Origin: an uncultured bacterium
GTDB lineage: Bacteria; Acidobacteriota; HRBIN11; JAKEFK01
Reading direction: 5' to 3'
DNA length: 64,000 bases
NCBI GenBank assembly: GCA_963777505.1
Contig: CAVZQN010000004.1
Location: forward strand, 512,001 to 576,000
Each line of letters starts with the position of its first letter. The stretch's first letter is position 1. Below the pieces are notes generated by a model, which saw only the letters and a list, made by a program, of their open reading frames with translations, did not search any database and was not told where the DNA came from. Of the stretch, positions 1-10,452 are shown piece by piece. Made by a program: the position numbers and the translations under genes.

Positions 1-24
1 ACGATTAAGACTGGAAGTTATGAG

Positions 25-56
25 AGGGCGGGCTAATGTTGCTCGCCCTTTTTTTT
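25..56 (+). terminator. Rho-independent terminator of an upstream gene outside the window
   Basis: Stem AGGGCGGGC / GCTCGCCCT, 7-nt loop, followed by a T run. Confidence 0.75.
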
Positions 57-73
57 GTTTCGAAAATTAGTTT

Positions 74-160
74 GTAGTAAGGCACGCAGCCGAGCGAATG
101 CGAGGCAGTGCCGTTAAGCCGTTCATGGCACCGTCGACTTCGGCGACTGCGTGCCCTAAA
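74..160. repeat. REP-like family A, inverted doublet
   Basis: GTAGTAAGGCACGCAG...GCAGTGCCGT (+) followed by a related minus-strand copy (AGGGCACGCAG...GGTGCCAT); further copies at 12902 and 14114. Confidence 0.75.
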
Positions 161-171
161 CAACGAACGAT

Positions 172-2913
172 CTAAAAACCATCGCCGATTAAAACGTAAG
201 GCGCCCAATAAAATGGATGACGATATTGATCAGTGTGAAGTAGTTTTAAGGCAGCCTGGCGTAAGGCTTCAGATTTTGTCTTCTTCGATATCAAGTTCTT
301 GTGAAACTCGAGCATTAGTTCTGTTGTGCTGGCAGAATCAACTTTCCATTGGCTTGCGATTGTTGTCGGGCTTCCTGCGACAAATAAAGACCACGACAGT
401 CCAATCATTCCTTCTCCTCTCTGAACTTTACCGAGAGCCGTATCACACGCAGACAAGACAACAAGATCAGCATTGAGCTTGAGATTCATAATTTCCCATG
501 CTTCCAATATGCCGTCTTCTTCTCCGTCTGTGTCAGGCGCAAGGATTAGTTGCGAATACATCGGTGCTACATCATTCACGATTCCGTGAGTTGCCAGATG
601 TAAAATATTGAATTGGCCGGCGCCGTTTTTTATTCGATCTTCTCGTGCCTCAGAGCCTACGAATACTTTGCTGTGATCATTTCCATAAAGACTTTTTAAC
701 GCAATGACTTCTCTTTCTGCTTCAGGGAGAGGATCAAGCGTATCGTTTTGATAAATACGCCTCACTTTTTCGAGAGTTTGTTTGCCGAATGTCGGATTTC
801 CGAATGCAAGCAAACTCGCGGCTTTCGTGGCGCGGCCTTGGTGTAAGCTTTTTGTTTCTCGCAACACAGTAAAAGAAGGAACGTAACTTAATGCATGATT
901 TTCAAGAAGGAATCGATGCTCGCCTGTTTGTAATGCTTGAAATGGAAGTGACCATAGAACATCATCGGCAACCACAATGAGATTGTTTTTGTTTTTTATA
1001 TCTTCCGCAACGGGTCCAATAAGTAAGTCGAACAATGCATTCGCTAATGGTAAAAAACCGGGATCGCGGGCGCCCATCTTTATGCGAAAGTCCGCAACGC
1101 GTTCAGCGAGGTCTTCTTGCGTAATCGGAATTGTGTACACACTCGGAACCTTTTTCTCTGAGTTTAAGAAAAAGAGAAACGTACTTTTATCAGTAACTAC
1201 ATACTCTAAAAGTGCAGTGTTGGTATCAGCGAAGAGTTTGATCGCTTCAGTTGCTTCGACCGGATTCGCTTCGCCGCGATGAACTTTGAGTTCCGGATGG
1301 GCCGAGTAAAGCTTCATTCGAAAGGATTCGAAATTCAAACGTGCTTTTTGGATCTGTGATTCCAGATCAGACAAACGTTTTTGATCAGGGTTAGAATTCA
1401 TTCTTTCTTCGCGAATCTTGCTATTTAAAGAGGTCAACTCTTTATAGTATTTCTGTTCCTGATCTTTTTCTTCGACTGTCATCTTTTCGGAAATATTGTT
1501 TTTGCCACTGCGGGCTACATCCAACAAGACCCGCGCTTTAGCTTCCTCCGCATAAGCAAAAGCCTTTGAAGAATCCCCTTCACTTATTAACAGATCAATC
1601 ATTTCATGATACGGAGATACTTTTTCTGAAAAGTGTCCTTGCTGTTCCATTTCATCGCCGGCAACAAGCGATCGCCAATCTTCAATCGTAGCAATCGCTT
1701 CCGCAAATGATTCTTTTGCCAGCTCTTGCTGATTCAGCGAGCGATGAGCTTTTCCTTTCGCTTCTAAAGCATTCCAGATTGATTGACGGATTCCAATCTT
1801 TTTTGCTTCAGTTACAGCGTTAACTGCATACTGCAACGATTTTTCATAGTCGGACTTCAAATAGTAAACAGTCGCCGCAAGCCGCTGCGAATCGGTCATT
1901 CCAAGGCCGTAATTCATTTCTCGCGCGATTTCCAAACCTTTCATGCCGAACTTCAAAGCCTGATCATAATCACCCATGTCACGATATTTATTTCCAATGT
2001 TGATACAGGCGCGCACAGTGAGCCGTTTGTCTCCCAATTCTTCCGCAATCGCAAGACTCTTTTTGTTGTACTCCAATGCCTTGTCGTAACTTTTCAAAAG
2101 ACGAACATCGCCCATGTTGTTCAGAACGTAGGCCGCATTCAAGCGGTCACCTATTTCTTCTCTCAAGGCCAGGCTTTTCTGATAGTAGTCCAGGGCAAGT
2201 TCATAATTTCCCTGGCGGTCATACAGGATGGCGATACTGTTCAGGTTGCTTGCAGCGAGTTCCTTGTTGCCGATTTCTTTTTGAAGAACAAGACTCTTTT
2301 CCAGAAACTCTAACGCAATTGAATAATCTCCCTGATCCATGTTGAATGATCCGATACAGTAAAGACCTGCTGCAATTTGGAGTTTATCTTGCGATTCTTC
2401 AGCAGTCCGAAGACTTTTCTGACAGTATTCCATGGCACGTTCTGGATTTTCGTCGTATTCGACATACGCAAGGCTCCTCAAACATCCTGCCGCCAGGGTT
2501 TTGTCATTGACCTCATTTGCAATCGCAAGACTTTTTTGAAAATGATCCAGAGCCAATGCTCTATTTCCTTCTATATCATGCAAAATACCGATGCCTCGCA
2601 AAGAGTAGCCGACACCAGCTCGGTCCCCGATCTGTTCCGCTGCGCGTTTAGCAAGGTTATAAACTGCAAGTGCACCAGGGAAGTCGTTTTTAACGCGGAG
2701 CTTGTTCCCTTCTTCGATTAATGCTTTTCGAAGTTCGACTGTGACGGCATTTTTGTTCGAATCCAAAATGTGTGAACGCTCTTCATCAGATTTTGCAGCA
2801 AGCAAATCGGAAAGGACTGCTTGGTCGAAAATCTTACTTTCTTCTGCCGAAATGCTGAAGCAGATGAAAACCAAAAGGACCAGAAGAGAGTGTCGAGGAA
2901 GGTGTTTGGTCAT
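172..2913 (-). CDS. Secreted TPR-repeat + CHAT (caspase-like) domain protein
   Basis: Signal peptide from ATG 2913 (MTKHLPRHSLLVLL...SA), many TPRs (YxxALxxxxKSL), CHAT dyad motifs HLATHG and VVLSACDT, C-terminal HPFYWAPY. Confidence 0.9.
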   Translation of the reverse strand: MTKHLPRHSLLVLLVFICFSISAEESKIFDQAVLSDLLAAKSDEERSHILDSNKNAVTVELRKALIEEGNKLRVKNDFPGALAVYNLAKRAAEQIGDRAGVGYSLRGIGILHDIEGNRALALDHFQKSLAIANEVNDKTLAAGCLRSLAYVEYDENPERAMEYCQKSLRTAEESQDKLQIAAGLYCIGSFNMDQGDYSIALEFLEKSLVLQKEIGNKELAASNLNSIAILYDRQGNYELALDYYQKSLALREEIGDRLNAAYVLNNMGDVRLLKSYDKALEYNKKSLAIAEELGDKRLTVRACINIGNKYRDMGDYDQALKFGMKGLEIAREMNYGLGMTDSQRLAATVYYLKSDYEKSLQYAVNAVTEAKKIGIRQSIWNALEAKGKAHRSLNQQELAKESFAEAIATIEDWRSLVAGDEMEQQGHFSEKVSPYHEMIDLLISEGDSSKAFAYAEEAKARVLLDVARSGKNNISEKMTVEEKDQEQKYYKELTSLNSKIREERMNSNPDQKRLSDLESQIQKARLNFESFRMKLYSAHPELKVHRGEANPVEATEAIKLFADTNTALLEYVVTDKSTFLFFLNSEKKVPSVYTIPITQEDLAERVADFRIKMGARDPGFLPLANALFDLLIGPVAEDIKNKNNLIVVADDVLWSLPFQALQTGEHRFLLENHALSYVPSFTVLRETKSLHQGRATKAASLLAFGNPTFGKQTLEKVRRIYQNDTLDPLPEAEREVIALKSLYGNDHSKVFVGSEAREDRIKNGAGQFNILHLATHGIVNDVAPMYSQLILAPDTDGEEDGILEAWEIMNLKLNADLVVLSACDTALGKVQRGEGMIGLSWSLFVAGSPTTIASQWKVDSASTTELMLEFHKNLISKKTKSEALRQAALKLLHTDQYRHPFYWAPYVLIGDGF

Positions 2914-3027
2914 TGGGTCCTGGCTGAAACGATTGGACGAATGGAATAAGAAGACATAAACATTATAACAAGAAACTTCTTCTTGGAGATAAAAGGTGAA
3001 AGAATAGTATGTGGAGTGAAGTAAGGA

Positions 3028-3489
3028 ATGAATGTTGCTATTAGCGCCGATCATGCGGGGTTTCAATTAAAACAACTTGTAACCGTCTATCTTAGGAATG
3101 CCGGTTACATGGTAATGGATCTTGGGACTCACAATGAGGATCCTGTTGATTATCCCGATTTTGCTGAAGCAGTCGGGCGTGCTTTGCTGGATGGAAAAGC
3201 GGAGCGTGGAATTGTTATTTGCGGTAGTGGTGTCGGAGCATGCGTTGCTGCGAACAAGATTCGTGGTATCCGTGCCGGTATATGCCATGATCACTATTCC
3301 GCACATCAAGGTGTTGAGCATGATGACATGAATGTTCTGGTTCTCGGAGCAAGAGTGATTGGAATTGAAATGGCAAAAGAATTGGCTGCGGCATTTTTGA
3401 ACGCAAAGTTTTCCGGGGAAGAACGTCATAAAAAAAGGTTGGCTAAAGTAAAGGCACTTGAAAATGAATGGCGTCCCAATCCTAAATGA
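3028..3489 (+). CDS. rpiB: Ribose-5-phosphate isomerase B
   Basis: [25 protein letters not shown] motifs. Confidence 0.95.
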   Translation: MNVAISADHAGFQLKQLVTVYLRNAGYMVMDLGTHNEDPVDYPDFAEAVGRALLDGKAERGIVICGSGVGACVAANKIRGIRAGICHDHYSAHQGVEHDDMNVLVLGARVIGIEMAKELAAAFLNAKFSGEERHKKRLAKVKALENEWRPNPK

Positions 3490-3492
3490 GGT

Positions 3493-6324
3493 GTGAGCAT
3501 GAATCCATTGAAGACATTACAGGAATATCGGCAATCCGTCTGGCTGGATTACATTCGCAGAAATTTGATGACAAGCGGTGAATTAAACCGGCTGATTGAA
3601 GAAGATGGTTTACGAGGCTTAACTTCCAATCCTGCAATTTTTGAGAAAGCCATCGCAGGCAGCAATGATTATGAAGTGACTCTGAAAGAATTAATCTCTC
3701 AAGGATCGAATTCAAAATCCATTTACGAAGAAATCGCGATTCAAGACATCAAGGATGCAGCCGATGCGATGAATCCTGTTTATTCGCAAACGAAGAAACG
3801 GGATGGCTATGTTAGCCTTGAAGTTTCGCCTGATCTAGCTCATGACACAGAAGGTACGCTCCAGGAAGCGCGTCGCTTATGGAAAATAGTGAATCGTCCA
3901 AATGTAATGATTAAAGTTCCTGGTACACGTGAAGGCGTTCCAGCAATACAACAGCTCATTAGCGAAGGCATTAATATCAACATAACTTTGCTATTTTCTC
4001 AGTCTGCATACGAACAAGTTGTAGAGGCTTTTATTTCTGGAATGGAAAAGCGCGCGTCTGAAGGTGGCGATCTTTCGCATGTTGCAAGCGTCGCTAGTTT
4101 TTTCGTTAGCAGAATCGATACCTTAATTGACGGCATCATAGAGGAACGTTTAAAAACTACTCAAAAGGGGACCGAAGAAAATTTGCTTCGCGGCATTATG
4201 GGCAAGATTGCAATTGCGAATGCAAAGCTCACATATCAGCGATATCGTGAATTATTTGGAAACGACCGCTGGCAAGCTCTTGCATCGAAAGGCGCGACAA
4301 CGCAGCGGGTCCTTTGGGCAAGCACAAGTACGAAGAATCCAAACTACCGCGATGTAATTTATATTGAAGAACTCATCGGACCGGAAACGATCAACACAAT
4401 TCCTCCTGCCACTTTCGACGCATTTCGAGATCATGGCCAAATCAGGCCGAGTTTAACCGAAGGTGTTGAAGATGCGCGAATTACGATGGAAACTCTTGCA
4501 CGTCTTGGAATTTCAATGCAAGAGGTTACAGACAAGTTGCTTGTTGATGGGGTGCGTCTTTTTGATGATGCTTTCAAAAAGTTACTCGCAGCAATTGAAA
4601 CAAAACGCAATTCCTTCAAGCCGCCGCAAATTAATCGGATGACTTACTCTTTGCCTGAAAATCTGAAAAAAAAAGTTCACGAGGTTTTGGCAGATTGGAA
4701 TGAGCGTGGAAAAGTTCACAGTCTTTGGGCGCGTGATGCATCCTTGTGGAGTGGTCAGGATGAAGCGAATTGGCTCGGTTGGCTTGGCATCACGCAAACT
4801 CAGTTAGCGAATGCGGAGCGTTTCAAAGTCTTTGCGAAAGAAATTCATGATGCTGGTTTTACTCACATCTTATTGCTCGGTATGGGAGGCTCCAGTCTTT
4901 GCCCGGAAGTTCTTGCAATGACATTTGGAAAAATTGACGGCCACCCTGAGCTTCATATTTTGGATTCAACTGATCCCGCCCAGGTTCTTGCAACGGAAAA
5001 AAAGATAGATATTGCGAAAACGCTGTTCATTGTTTCAAGCAAATCAGGCGGAACTCTTGAGCCGAATATCTTCAAACAATATTTTTTCCAACAAGCAAAA
5101 CAAGCTCTTGGTGAAAAAGCAGCTGAACATTTTGTAGCAATCACGGATCCGGATTCAAAAATGGAGCGTGTGGCAAAGGCTGATCGTTTTAGCCACATCT
5201 TTCATGGTCTTCCGAGTATCGGCGGACGATATTCAGCGCTGTCAGATTTTGGAATGATCCCGGCTGCAGCAATGGGCATCGATGTTTCTCTATTTTTAGA
5301 TCGTGCCGAAGAGATGGTTCAAGCTTGCGCATCCTGTGTAAAAGCAAATGACAACCCTGGAGTATTGTTAGGTGTGATTTTAGGAATTGCTGCGGAAAGC
5401 GGACGAAACAAACTTACGATCATTGCTTCGCCGGGAATCCATGACTTAGGTGCGTGGCTAGAACAATTAATTGCAGAATCAACAGGAAAAGAAGGAAAAG
5501 GGATCATCCCGGTGGATCGTGAAAATCCGGCAGCGCCTGAATCGTATGGCAATGATCGAATGTTTGTGTATTTGCGATTGCAAGGTGCGCCCGATACTTC
5601 ACAAGATGCTGCTGTAGAGGCTCTCGAACGCGGTGGACAGCCTGTTGTTCGGGTTCAGGTCGACGAAAAGTATGACCTTGGTGAAGAATTTTTTCGCTGG
5701 GAAATCGCGACTTCTGTTGCTGGCTCAATCATGAAAATCAATCCATTTAATCAACCCGATGTTGAAGCTGCGAAAATCGCCGCACGTGCGTTAACCGATG
5801 AATATGAAAAAACGGGATCACTTCCGGCAGAAGAACCCATGCTGGAAGAAAATGGAATCCGTTTGTTTACAGATGAACGGAATTTGTCAGAGTTAAAAGG
5901 TAATTCAACATTGCAAGCTGTTTTGAACGCTCATATCAAGCGGATTCAACCAGGTGATTATTTTGCTTTACTGGCATACCTTGAGATGAGCAGCGCAAAC
6001 GAAGAAATATTGCAACAAATCAGACATGTTGTGAGGGATCGAACACGCGCAGCAACCTGTCTTGGTTTTGGACCAAGATTTCTTCATTCAACCGGTCAGG
6101 CATACAAAGGTGGACCGAATACAGGAATATTTTTGCAAATCACATGTGATGATGCGGTGGATGTCCCGGTGCCTGGTCAAAAATATACATTCGGAGTGGT
6201 GAAATCTGCGCAAGCTCGCGGTGATTTTCAAGTACTTCTGGAACGCGGACGTCGCGCCCTTCGTGTGCATCTCGGCAAAAATGTTCAAGCGGATTTGAAA
6301 GTATTACTGAATGCTATTCGTTAA
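3493..6324 (+). CDS. tal-pgi: Bifunctional transaldolase / glucose-6-phosphate isomerase
   Basis: N-half QSVWLD, TSNPAIF, MIKVP, SFFVSRID; C-half GMGGSSL, SSKSGGTLE, GGRYS, NPFNQPDVE. Confidence 0.93.
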   Translation: MSMNPLKTLQEYRQSVWLDYIRRNLMTSGELNRLIEEDGLRGLTSNPAIFEKAIAGSNDYEVTLKELISQGSNSKSIYEEIAIQDIKDAADAMNPVYSQTKKRDGYVSLEVSPDLAHDTEGTLQEARRLWKIVNRPNVMIKVPGTREGVPAIQQLISEGININITLLFSQSAYEQVVEAFISGMEKRASEGGDLSHVASVASFFVSRIDTLIDGIIEERLKTTQKGTEENLLRGIMGKIAIANAKLTYQRYRELFGNDRWQALASKGATTQRVLWASTSTKNPNYRDVIYIEELIGPETINTIPPATFDAFRDHGQIRPSLTEGVEDARITMETLARLGISMQEVTDKLLVDGVRLFDDAFKKLLAAIETKRNSFKPPQINRMTYSLPENLKKKVHEVLADWNERGKVHSLWARDASLWSGQDEANWLGWLGITQTQLANAERFKVFAKEIHDAGFTHILLLGMGGSSLCPEVLAMTFGKIDGHPELHILDSTDPAQVLATEKKIDIAKTLFIVSSKSGGTLEPNIFKQYFFQQAKQALGEKAAEHFVAITDPDSKMERVAKADRFSHIFHGLPSIGGRYSALSDFGMIPAAAMGIDVSLFLDRAEEMVQACASCVKANDNPGVLLGVILGIAAESGRNKLTIIASPGIHDLGAWLEQLIAESTGKEGKGIIPVDRENPAAPESYGNDRMFVYLRLQGAPDTSQDAAVEALERGGQPVVRVQVDEKYDLGEEFFRWEIATSVAGSIMKINPFNQPDVEAAKIAARALTDEYEKTGSLPAEEPMLEENGIRLFTDERNLSELKGNSTLQAVLNAHIKRIQPGDYFALLAYLEMSSANEEILQQIRHVVRDRTRAATCLGFGPRFLHSTGQAYKGGPNTGIFLQITCDDAVDVPVPGQKYTFGVVKSAQARGDFQVLLERGRRALRVHLGKNVQADLKVLLNAIR

Positions 6325-6398
6325 GTAGGGGCGGGTCTAAGACCCGCCCGGCTCGGAAAGAATAAATTCATTCGGGCGGGTCTTAGACCCGCCCCTAC
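6325..6398. repeat. GTAG-type REP inverted doublet (family B, REPIN-like)
   Basis: GTAGGGGCGGGTCTAAGACCCGCCC ... GGGCGGGTCTTAGACCCGCCCCTAC. Confidence 0.85.
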
Positions 6399-6424
6399 CA
6401 ACTCCGAAAAATAACGAGGATCCT

Positions 6425-7435
6425 ATGCAAATTGGAATGATTGGTTTAGGCCGGATGGGTTCAAATATGGTGCGCCGTTTACTTCGCGGCGGTCATCAAT
6501 GTGTTGTATTCGACATGAATCCGGAAGCAGTTGCGGGGTTAGAAAAAGAAGGAGCCGTAGGTTCATCATCGATGAATGATTTTGTATCCAAATTAAATCC
6601 TCCGCGTGCAATTTGGATGATGGTGCCTGCTGCTGTTGTAGATAAGGTGATTGCTCAAGTTGCTCCGCTTCTAAAACAGAATGACATTTTGATTGATGGC
6701 GGTAACTCTCATTATGTTGATGACATACGGCGCGCGAAAGAACTTGAAGCAAAAGGCGTTCATTATGTTGATGTTGGTACCAGTGGTGGAGTATGGGGTT
6801 TGGAGCGCGGATACTGTTTGATGATTGGTGGCCTTGATAATCCTGTTCAATATCTCGATCCGGTTTTCAAAACACTCTCACCCGGACCTGGAACGATTCC
6901 ATCAACTCCGGAACGAAAGAAATCGCAAAGCACAGCAGAAGATGGTTACTTGCATTGTGGTTCTTCAGGCGCGGGTCATTTTGTGAAAATGGTCCACAAT
7001 GGAATTGAATATGGTTTGATGGCCGCATACGCAGAAGGATTAAATATTTTGCGCCATGCAAATGTTGGAATGCGAGAACATTCACTGGATGCTGAAACGA
7101 CACCTCTACGCAATCCGGAACATTATCAGTATGAACTCCCAATTGCCGAAATTACAGAACTCTGGCGCAGAGGGAGTGTCGTTGCTTCCTGGCTGCTGGA
7201 CTTAACAGCCAATGCGCTTGCACGCGATTCCAATTTGTCGAACTTCGGCGGAAAGGTTGCGGATTCCGGGGAAGGGCGTTGGACCATCCAAGCGGCAATC
7301 GAAGAAGGCACTCCTGTTCCTGTTCTGAGCGCTTCGTTATATCAACGCTTCAGCTCACGTGGTAATGATGAGTTCGCCCAAAAATTACTTTCTGCTATGC
7401 GATTCGAATTTGGCGGCCACTCAGAGAAGAAATAA
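6425..7435 (+). CDS. gnd: 6-phosphogluconate dehydrogenase, decarboxylating (short form)
   Basis: [45 protein letters not shown]. Confidence 0.95.
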   Translation: MQIGMIGLGRMGSNMVRRLLRGGHQCVVFDMNPEAVAGLEKEGAVGSSSMNDFVSKLNPPRAIWMMVPAAVVDKVIAQVAPLLKQNDILIDGGNSHYVDDIRRAKELEAKGVHYVDVGTSGGVWGLERGYCLMIGGLDNPVQYLDPVFKTLSPGPGTIPSTPERKKSQSTAEDGYLHCGSSGAGHFVKMVHNGIEYGLMAAYAEGLNILRHANVGMREHSLDAETTPLRNPEHYQYELPIAEITELWRRGSVVASWLLDLTANALARDSNLSNFGGKVADSGEGRWTIQAAIEEGTPVPVLSASLYQRFSSRGNDEFAQKLLSAMRFEFGGHSEKK

Positions 7436-7464
7436 ACCAAGAAGTCACGGAGAGTAATACGCAA

Positions 7465-8202
7465 GAGGAAATTATAAAACTTGAATCTGCTGAACATGTC
7501 AGTCAGGTTGCTGCTGAAGAATTTTTGCAGCAGTCATTAGCCGCAGCAAAAACTGACGGTCTATTCCGCGTTGCACTTTCCGGAGGTTCAACGCCAAAAA
7601 AGTTATATTCCAAACTTGCGCAAGAAGTGAAGTATCGTGACGCCATTCCATGGAATCTCATCCATTTTTTTTGGGGAGATGAACGAACGGTCTCTCCGGA
7701 TCATGAAGACAGCAACTTTCACATGGCCCGGGAGGCAATGCTAAGGCACATCGATGTCGACGAATCTCAAATACATCGGATTCCTGCGGAAGACCCTGAC
7801 GTTGATATGGCAGCATCAAAATATGAACTTGAAATACGAAATCATTTCAATATTCCCTCGCCTGAAGTGCCTAAATTTGATTTGATTTTTCTTGGACTTG
7901 GGACTGATGGTCATACAGCTTCATTGTTTCCGGGAACCGAAGCGTTGCGTGAAACAAACAGGCTGGTTGTTGCAAATTATGTTGAAAAACTGAAGACGCA
8001 TCGAATTTCAATAACATTCCCAATTATCAACCAGGCTAAGTGTGTGATTTTTCTTGTATGCGGTGATGATAAGGCAATCGCTCTAAAAGCTGTTTTAGAA
8101 GGGCCGCAAAATCCGGAACTCTATCCTGCACAATTAGTTCGCCCTGAAGGCCGATTGGTCTGGCTGATTGATCAGCCGGCACGGTCCCTTTTGAGTGTTT
8201 AG
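7465..8202 (+). CDS. pgl: 6-phosphogluconolactonase; true start uncertain, homology extends upstream of TTG 7525
   Basis: ALSGGSTP, FWGDER, LGLGTDGHTASLFP; frame is open upstream and reads EEIIKLESAEHVSQVAAEEF. Confidence 0.88.
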   Translation, partial: EEIIKLESAEHVSQVAAEEFLQQSLAAAKTDGLFRVALSGGSTPKKLYSKLAQEVKYRDAIPWNLIHFFWGDERTVSPDHEDSNFHMAREAMLRHIDVDESQIHRIPAEDPDVDMAASKYELEIRNHFNIPSPEVPKFDLIFLGLGTDGHTASLFPGTEALRETNRLVVANYVEKLKTHRISITFPIINQAKCVIFLVCGDDKAIALKAVLEGPQNPELYPAQLVRPEGRLVWLIDQPARSLLSV

Positions 8203-8222
8203 TCTTAGACGTTGGATAGCGA

Positions 8223-8299
8223 TTTGTAACGCTGGCTTCCAGCCGGCCAGGCTGCAAAATTCAGCTCGAGCTCTGCCGGCAAGATGCCAGCGTTACAAA
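8223..8299. repeat. REP-like inverted doublet (family C)
   Basis: TTTGTAACGCTGGCTTCCAGCCGGC ... GCCGGCAAGATGCCAGCGTTACAAA. Confidence 0.75.
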
Positions 8300-8355
8300 C
8301 GTCAAATCACAGAATGCTATAATATGATTTACCCTCCATTTAAGGTCAAAAAAAT

Positions 8356-8541
8356 ATGGGTCCACTTGGAATACAAGAAATAGTTCTGATATTTGTCATT
8401 GCGTTGATCGTATTCGGGCCAAAAAAGCTGCCTGAACTCGGACGTTCAGTCGGGAAAGCTTTGGGCGAACTACGACGCGCTTCAAATGATATTAAGCGAA
8501 GTATCGAAAAAGAAATCGATGATACAGAGCTAAAAAATTAA
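8356..8541 (+). CDS. tatA: Twin-arginine translocase TatA/B subunit
   Basis: LIVFGPKKLPELGRSVGK; extended -10 TGCTATAAT upstream. Confidence 0.9.
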   Translation: MGPLGIQEIVLIFVIALIVFGPKKLPELGRSVGKALGELRRASNDIKRSIEKEIDDTELKN

Positions 8542-8565
8542 TCTGCTCTTCATTCCTACATCAGT

Positions 8566-9327
8566 ATGGTCGAACTATTAGAAGAACGAGAAGAAAGAAT
8601 AGATGAATCCGGCCGGATGACCCTTTGGGAACATCTGGATGAGCTAAGAAAGCGGCTTGTGTTTTCATTAGCTGCTTTGCTTGTAGGTTTTGTTGCTTGC
8701 TGGTTCTTTAGGGAACCTCTTTGGGACATTGTTCAAGCGCCTTTTATGAGGTTTGTTGCGAAAGGGGATCGTCTTTCATTTATTTCCCTCACCGAACCAT
8801 TTCTTGTGTACATGAAATTATCAGCGCTTGCCGCAATTATTTTCACCTCTCCTATTTTGATAACACAATTATGGTTATTTATTTCGCCTGGTTTGTATAG
8901 AAAAGAGAAGCGTTTTGCAATTCCATTTATCTTTTTCTCTACACTTTGTTTTCTTGCTGGATGCCTTTTTTGTTATAACTATGTTTTTCCTTTCGCTTGC
9001 CGTTATTTTCTTGAAGTCGGGGGCACGAAGTTTAAGCAGGATGTGCGCGTTAATGACTACTTCTCTCTCTTTAGCAAAATGACTCTTTCGATTGGTCTAA
9101 TTTTTGAAACTCCCATCCTCGCATTTTTCCTTGCTCGAATGGGAGTGGTGAATCATAAATTCTTGCTGAAGAAATTTAAGTATGCAGTTCTCCTCGCGTT
9201 CATCATATCCGCAATCATTACACCGACTCCGGATCTTGTTACTCAAACAATTCTTGCAGTGCCGATGATCGCCCTTTATGTAATCAGTATTCTGATTGCC
9301 TGGATCTTCGGTCGAGACAAAAACTGA
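8566..9327 (+). CDS. tatC: Twin-arginine translocase subunit TatC
   Basis: HLDELRKRL, FISPGLY, FETP, AIITPTPD. Confidence 0.95.
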   Translation: MVELLEEREERIDESGRMTLWEHLDELRKRLVFSLAALLVGFVACWFFREPLWDIVQAPFMRFVAKGDRLSFISLTEPFLVYMKLSALAAIIFTSPILITQLWLFISPGLYRKEKRFAIPFIFFSTLCFLAGCLFCYNYVFPFACRYFLEVGGTKFKQDVRVNDYFSLFSKMTLSIGLIFETPILAFFLARMGVVNHKFLLKKFKYAVLLAFIISAIITPTPDLVTQTILAVPMIALYVISILIAWIFGRDKN

Positions 9328-10452
9328 ATGTCACAGCGTATCCGAGTAATTACACTTTTTGTTTCACTTCTATCCTGTTCGATGAGTGTCTGGTCGCAGG
9401 AATCTGAAGAATTAACACTTCCAAAACTTCCTGAAGTTCAGATTCATGTTCACAATGCCCAGGGTGTGCTACTCAGGGATGGTCTTGGTTTCATTTGGGA
9501 TGATCATACGATTGTTACAAGTTATTCTGCTGTGCAGGGCGCTTCATTAATCAAATTGGAAATCAATGGCGAGAATCTTGTTGCAGGTGAACTGATTTCC
9601 TGGAGCAAACCTTTTGATCTAGCATTTTTGCGTACAGCTGAAGAGCTGCCGGAAGGACGATTGTTTGGTAGTTCGGATACCCTGGCTTCCGGAGATGCCG
9701 CTTATTTGTTCAGTCAGGAAAAGGAAGGATGGCAGCTAAAAGAAACACGATTGAATCAATGGCAAGATTCAGGACATGGTTATGTATGGCTTTATCTGAA
9801 AGATACAGGCACAAGATCACCTTCACCGATTTTCAATCGTGCTGGAAAAATTGTTGGATGGTTTCCGGGAAAATCACCGGCAATTCCTTTGAAAGCCGTT
9901 TTTGCTCAACTCGATGAAAACTCAACTCCTGTTTCCTTACAAGAAATAACAGTTGCTGAAAAATTTTGGAACCTTTTCAAAGTGCCAGGACGTCAGGTTG
10001 AAAAGAAACATCTAGAACAGACAATATTCAAGAGAATAACTGGTCCATCAGGATTTTCATTCCAGGTTGATATTCCTGAAGATTGGGAACATCAAACTTC
10101 GCAGCACTCAGGACATTTTCTTTTGCTTGCAATTTCAGGACAGGATGGAATTTCTATGGCTCTAAGGATTGCCCCTGCGGTGACAGGGGATTTGAATATG
10201 GAAATCGAACGCGCTGAAAATTTACTCTTCCCAGGAATTGCAAGAGGAGAGATGGTTCCATCCTACACAGGCGGAATCTCCGGAATGCGAGCGGAATATG
10301 AAGATGCGCAAGATTTTGTCTCAACTGCCTTTTATGGGCTCAGTTCAAACCGTATTTGCGTTCTTTCGATTACTTATCCTTCACAATTTAAAGAAGAGAT
10401 GATCCCGGTCATGGAAGAAATATTTAATTCTGTACACTTCCCTGTAAAGTAA
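9328..10452 (+). CDS. Exported protein: degenerate trypsin-like domain plus PsbP-like C-terminal domain
   Basis: Signal peptide; GLGFIW..IVTSYSAV, DLAFLR, SPIFNRAGKIVG; FQVDIPEDWE; ...IFNSVHF end. Confidence 0.55.
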   Translation: MSQRIRVITLFVSLLSCSMSVWSQESEELTLPKLPEVQIHVHNAQGVLLRDGLGFIWDDHTIVTSYSAVQGASLIKLEINGENLVAGELISWSKPFDLAFLRTAEELPEGRLFGSSDTLASGDAAYLFSQEKEGWQLKETRLNQWQDSGHGYVWLYLKDTGTRSPSPIFNRAGKIVGWFPGKSPAIPLKAVFAQLDENSTPVSLQEITVAEKFWNLFKVPGRQVEKKHLEQTIFKRITGPSGFSFQVDIPEDWEHQTSQHSGHFLLLAISGQDGISMALRIAPAVTGDLNMEIERAENLLFPGIARGEMVPSYTGGISGMRAEYEDAQDFVSTAFYGLSSNRICVLSITYPSQFKEEMIPVMEEIFNSVHFPVK

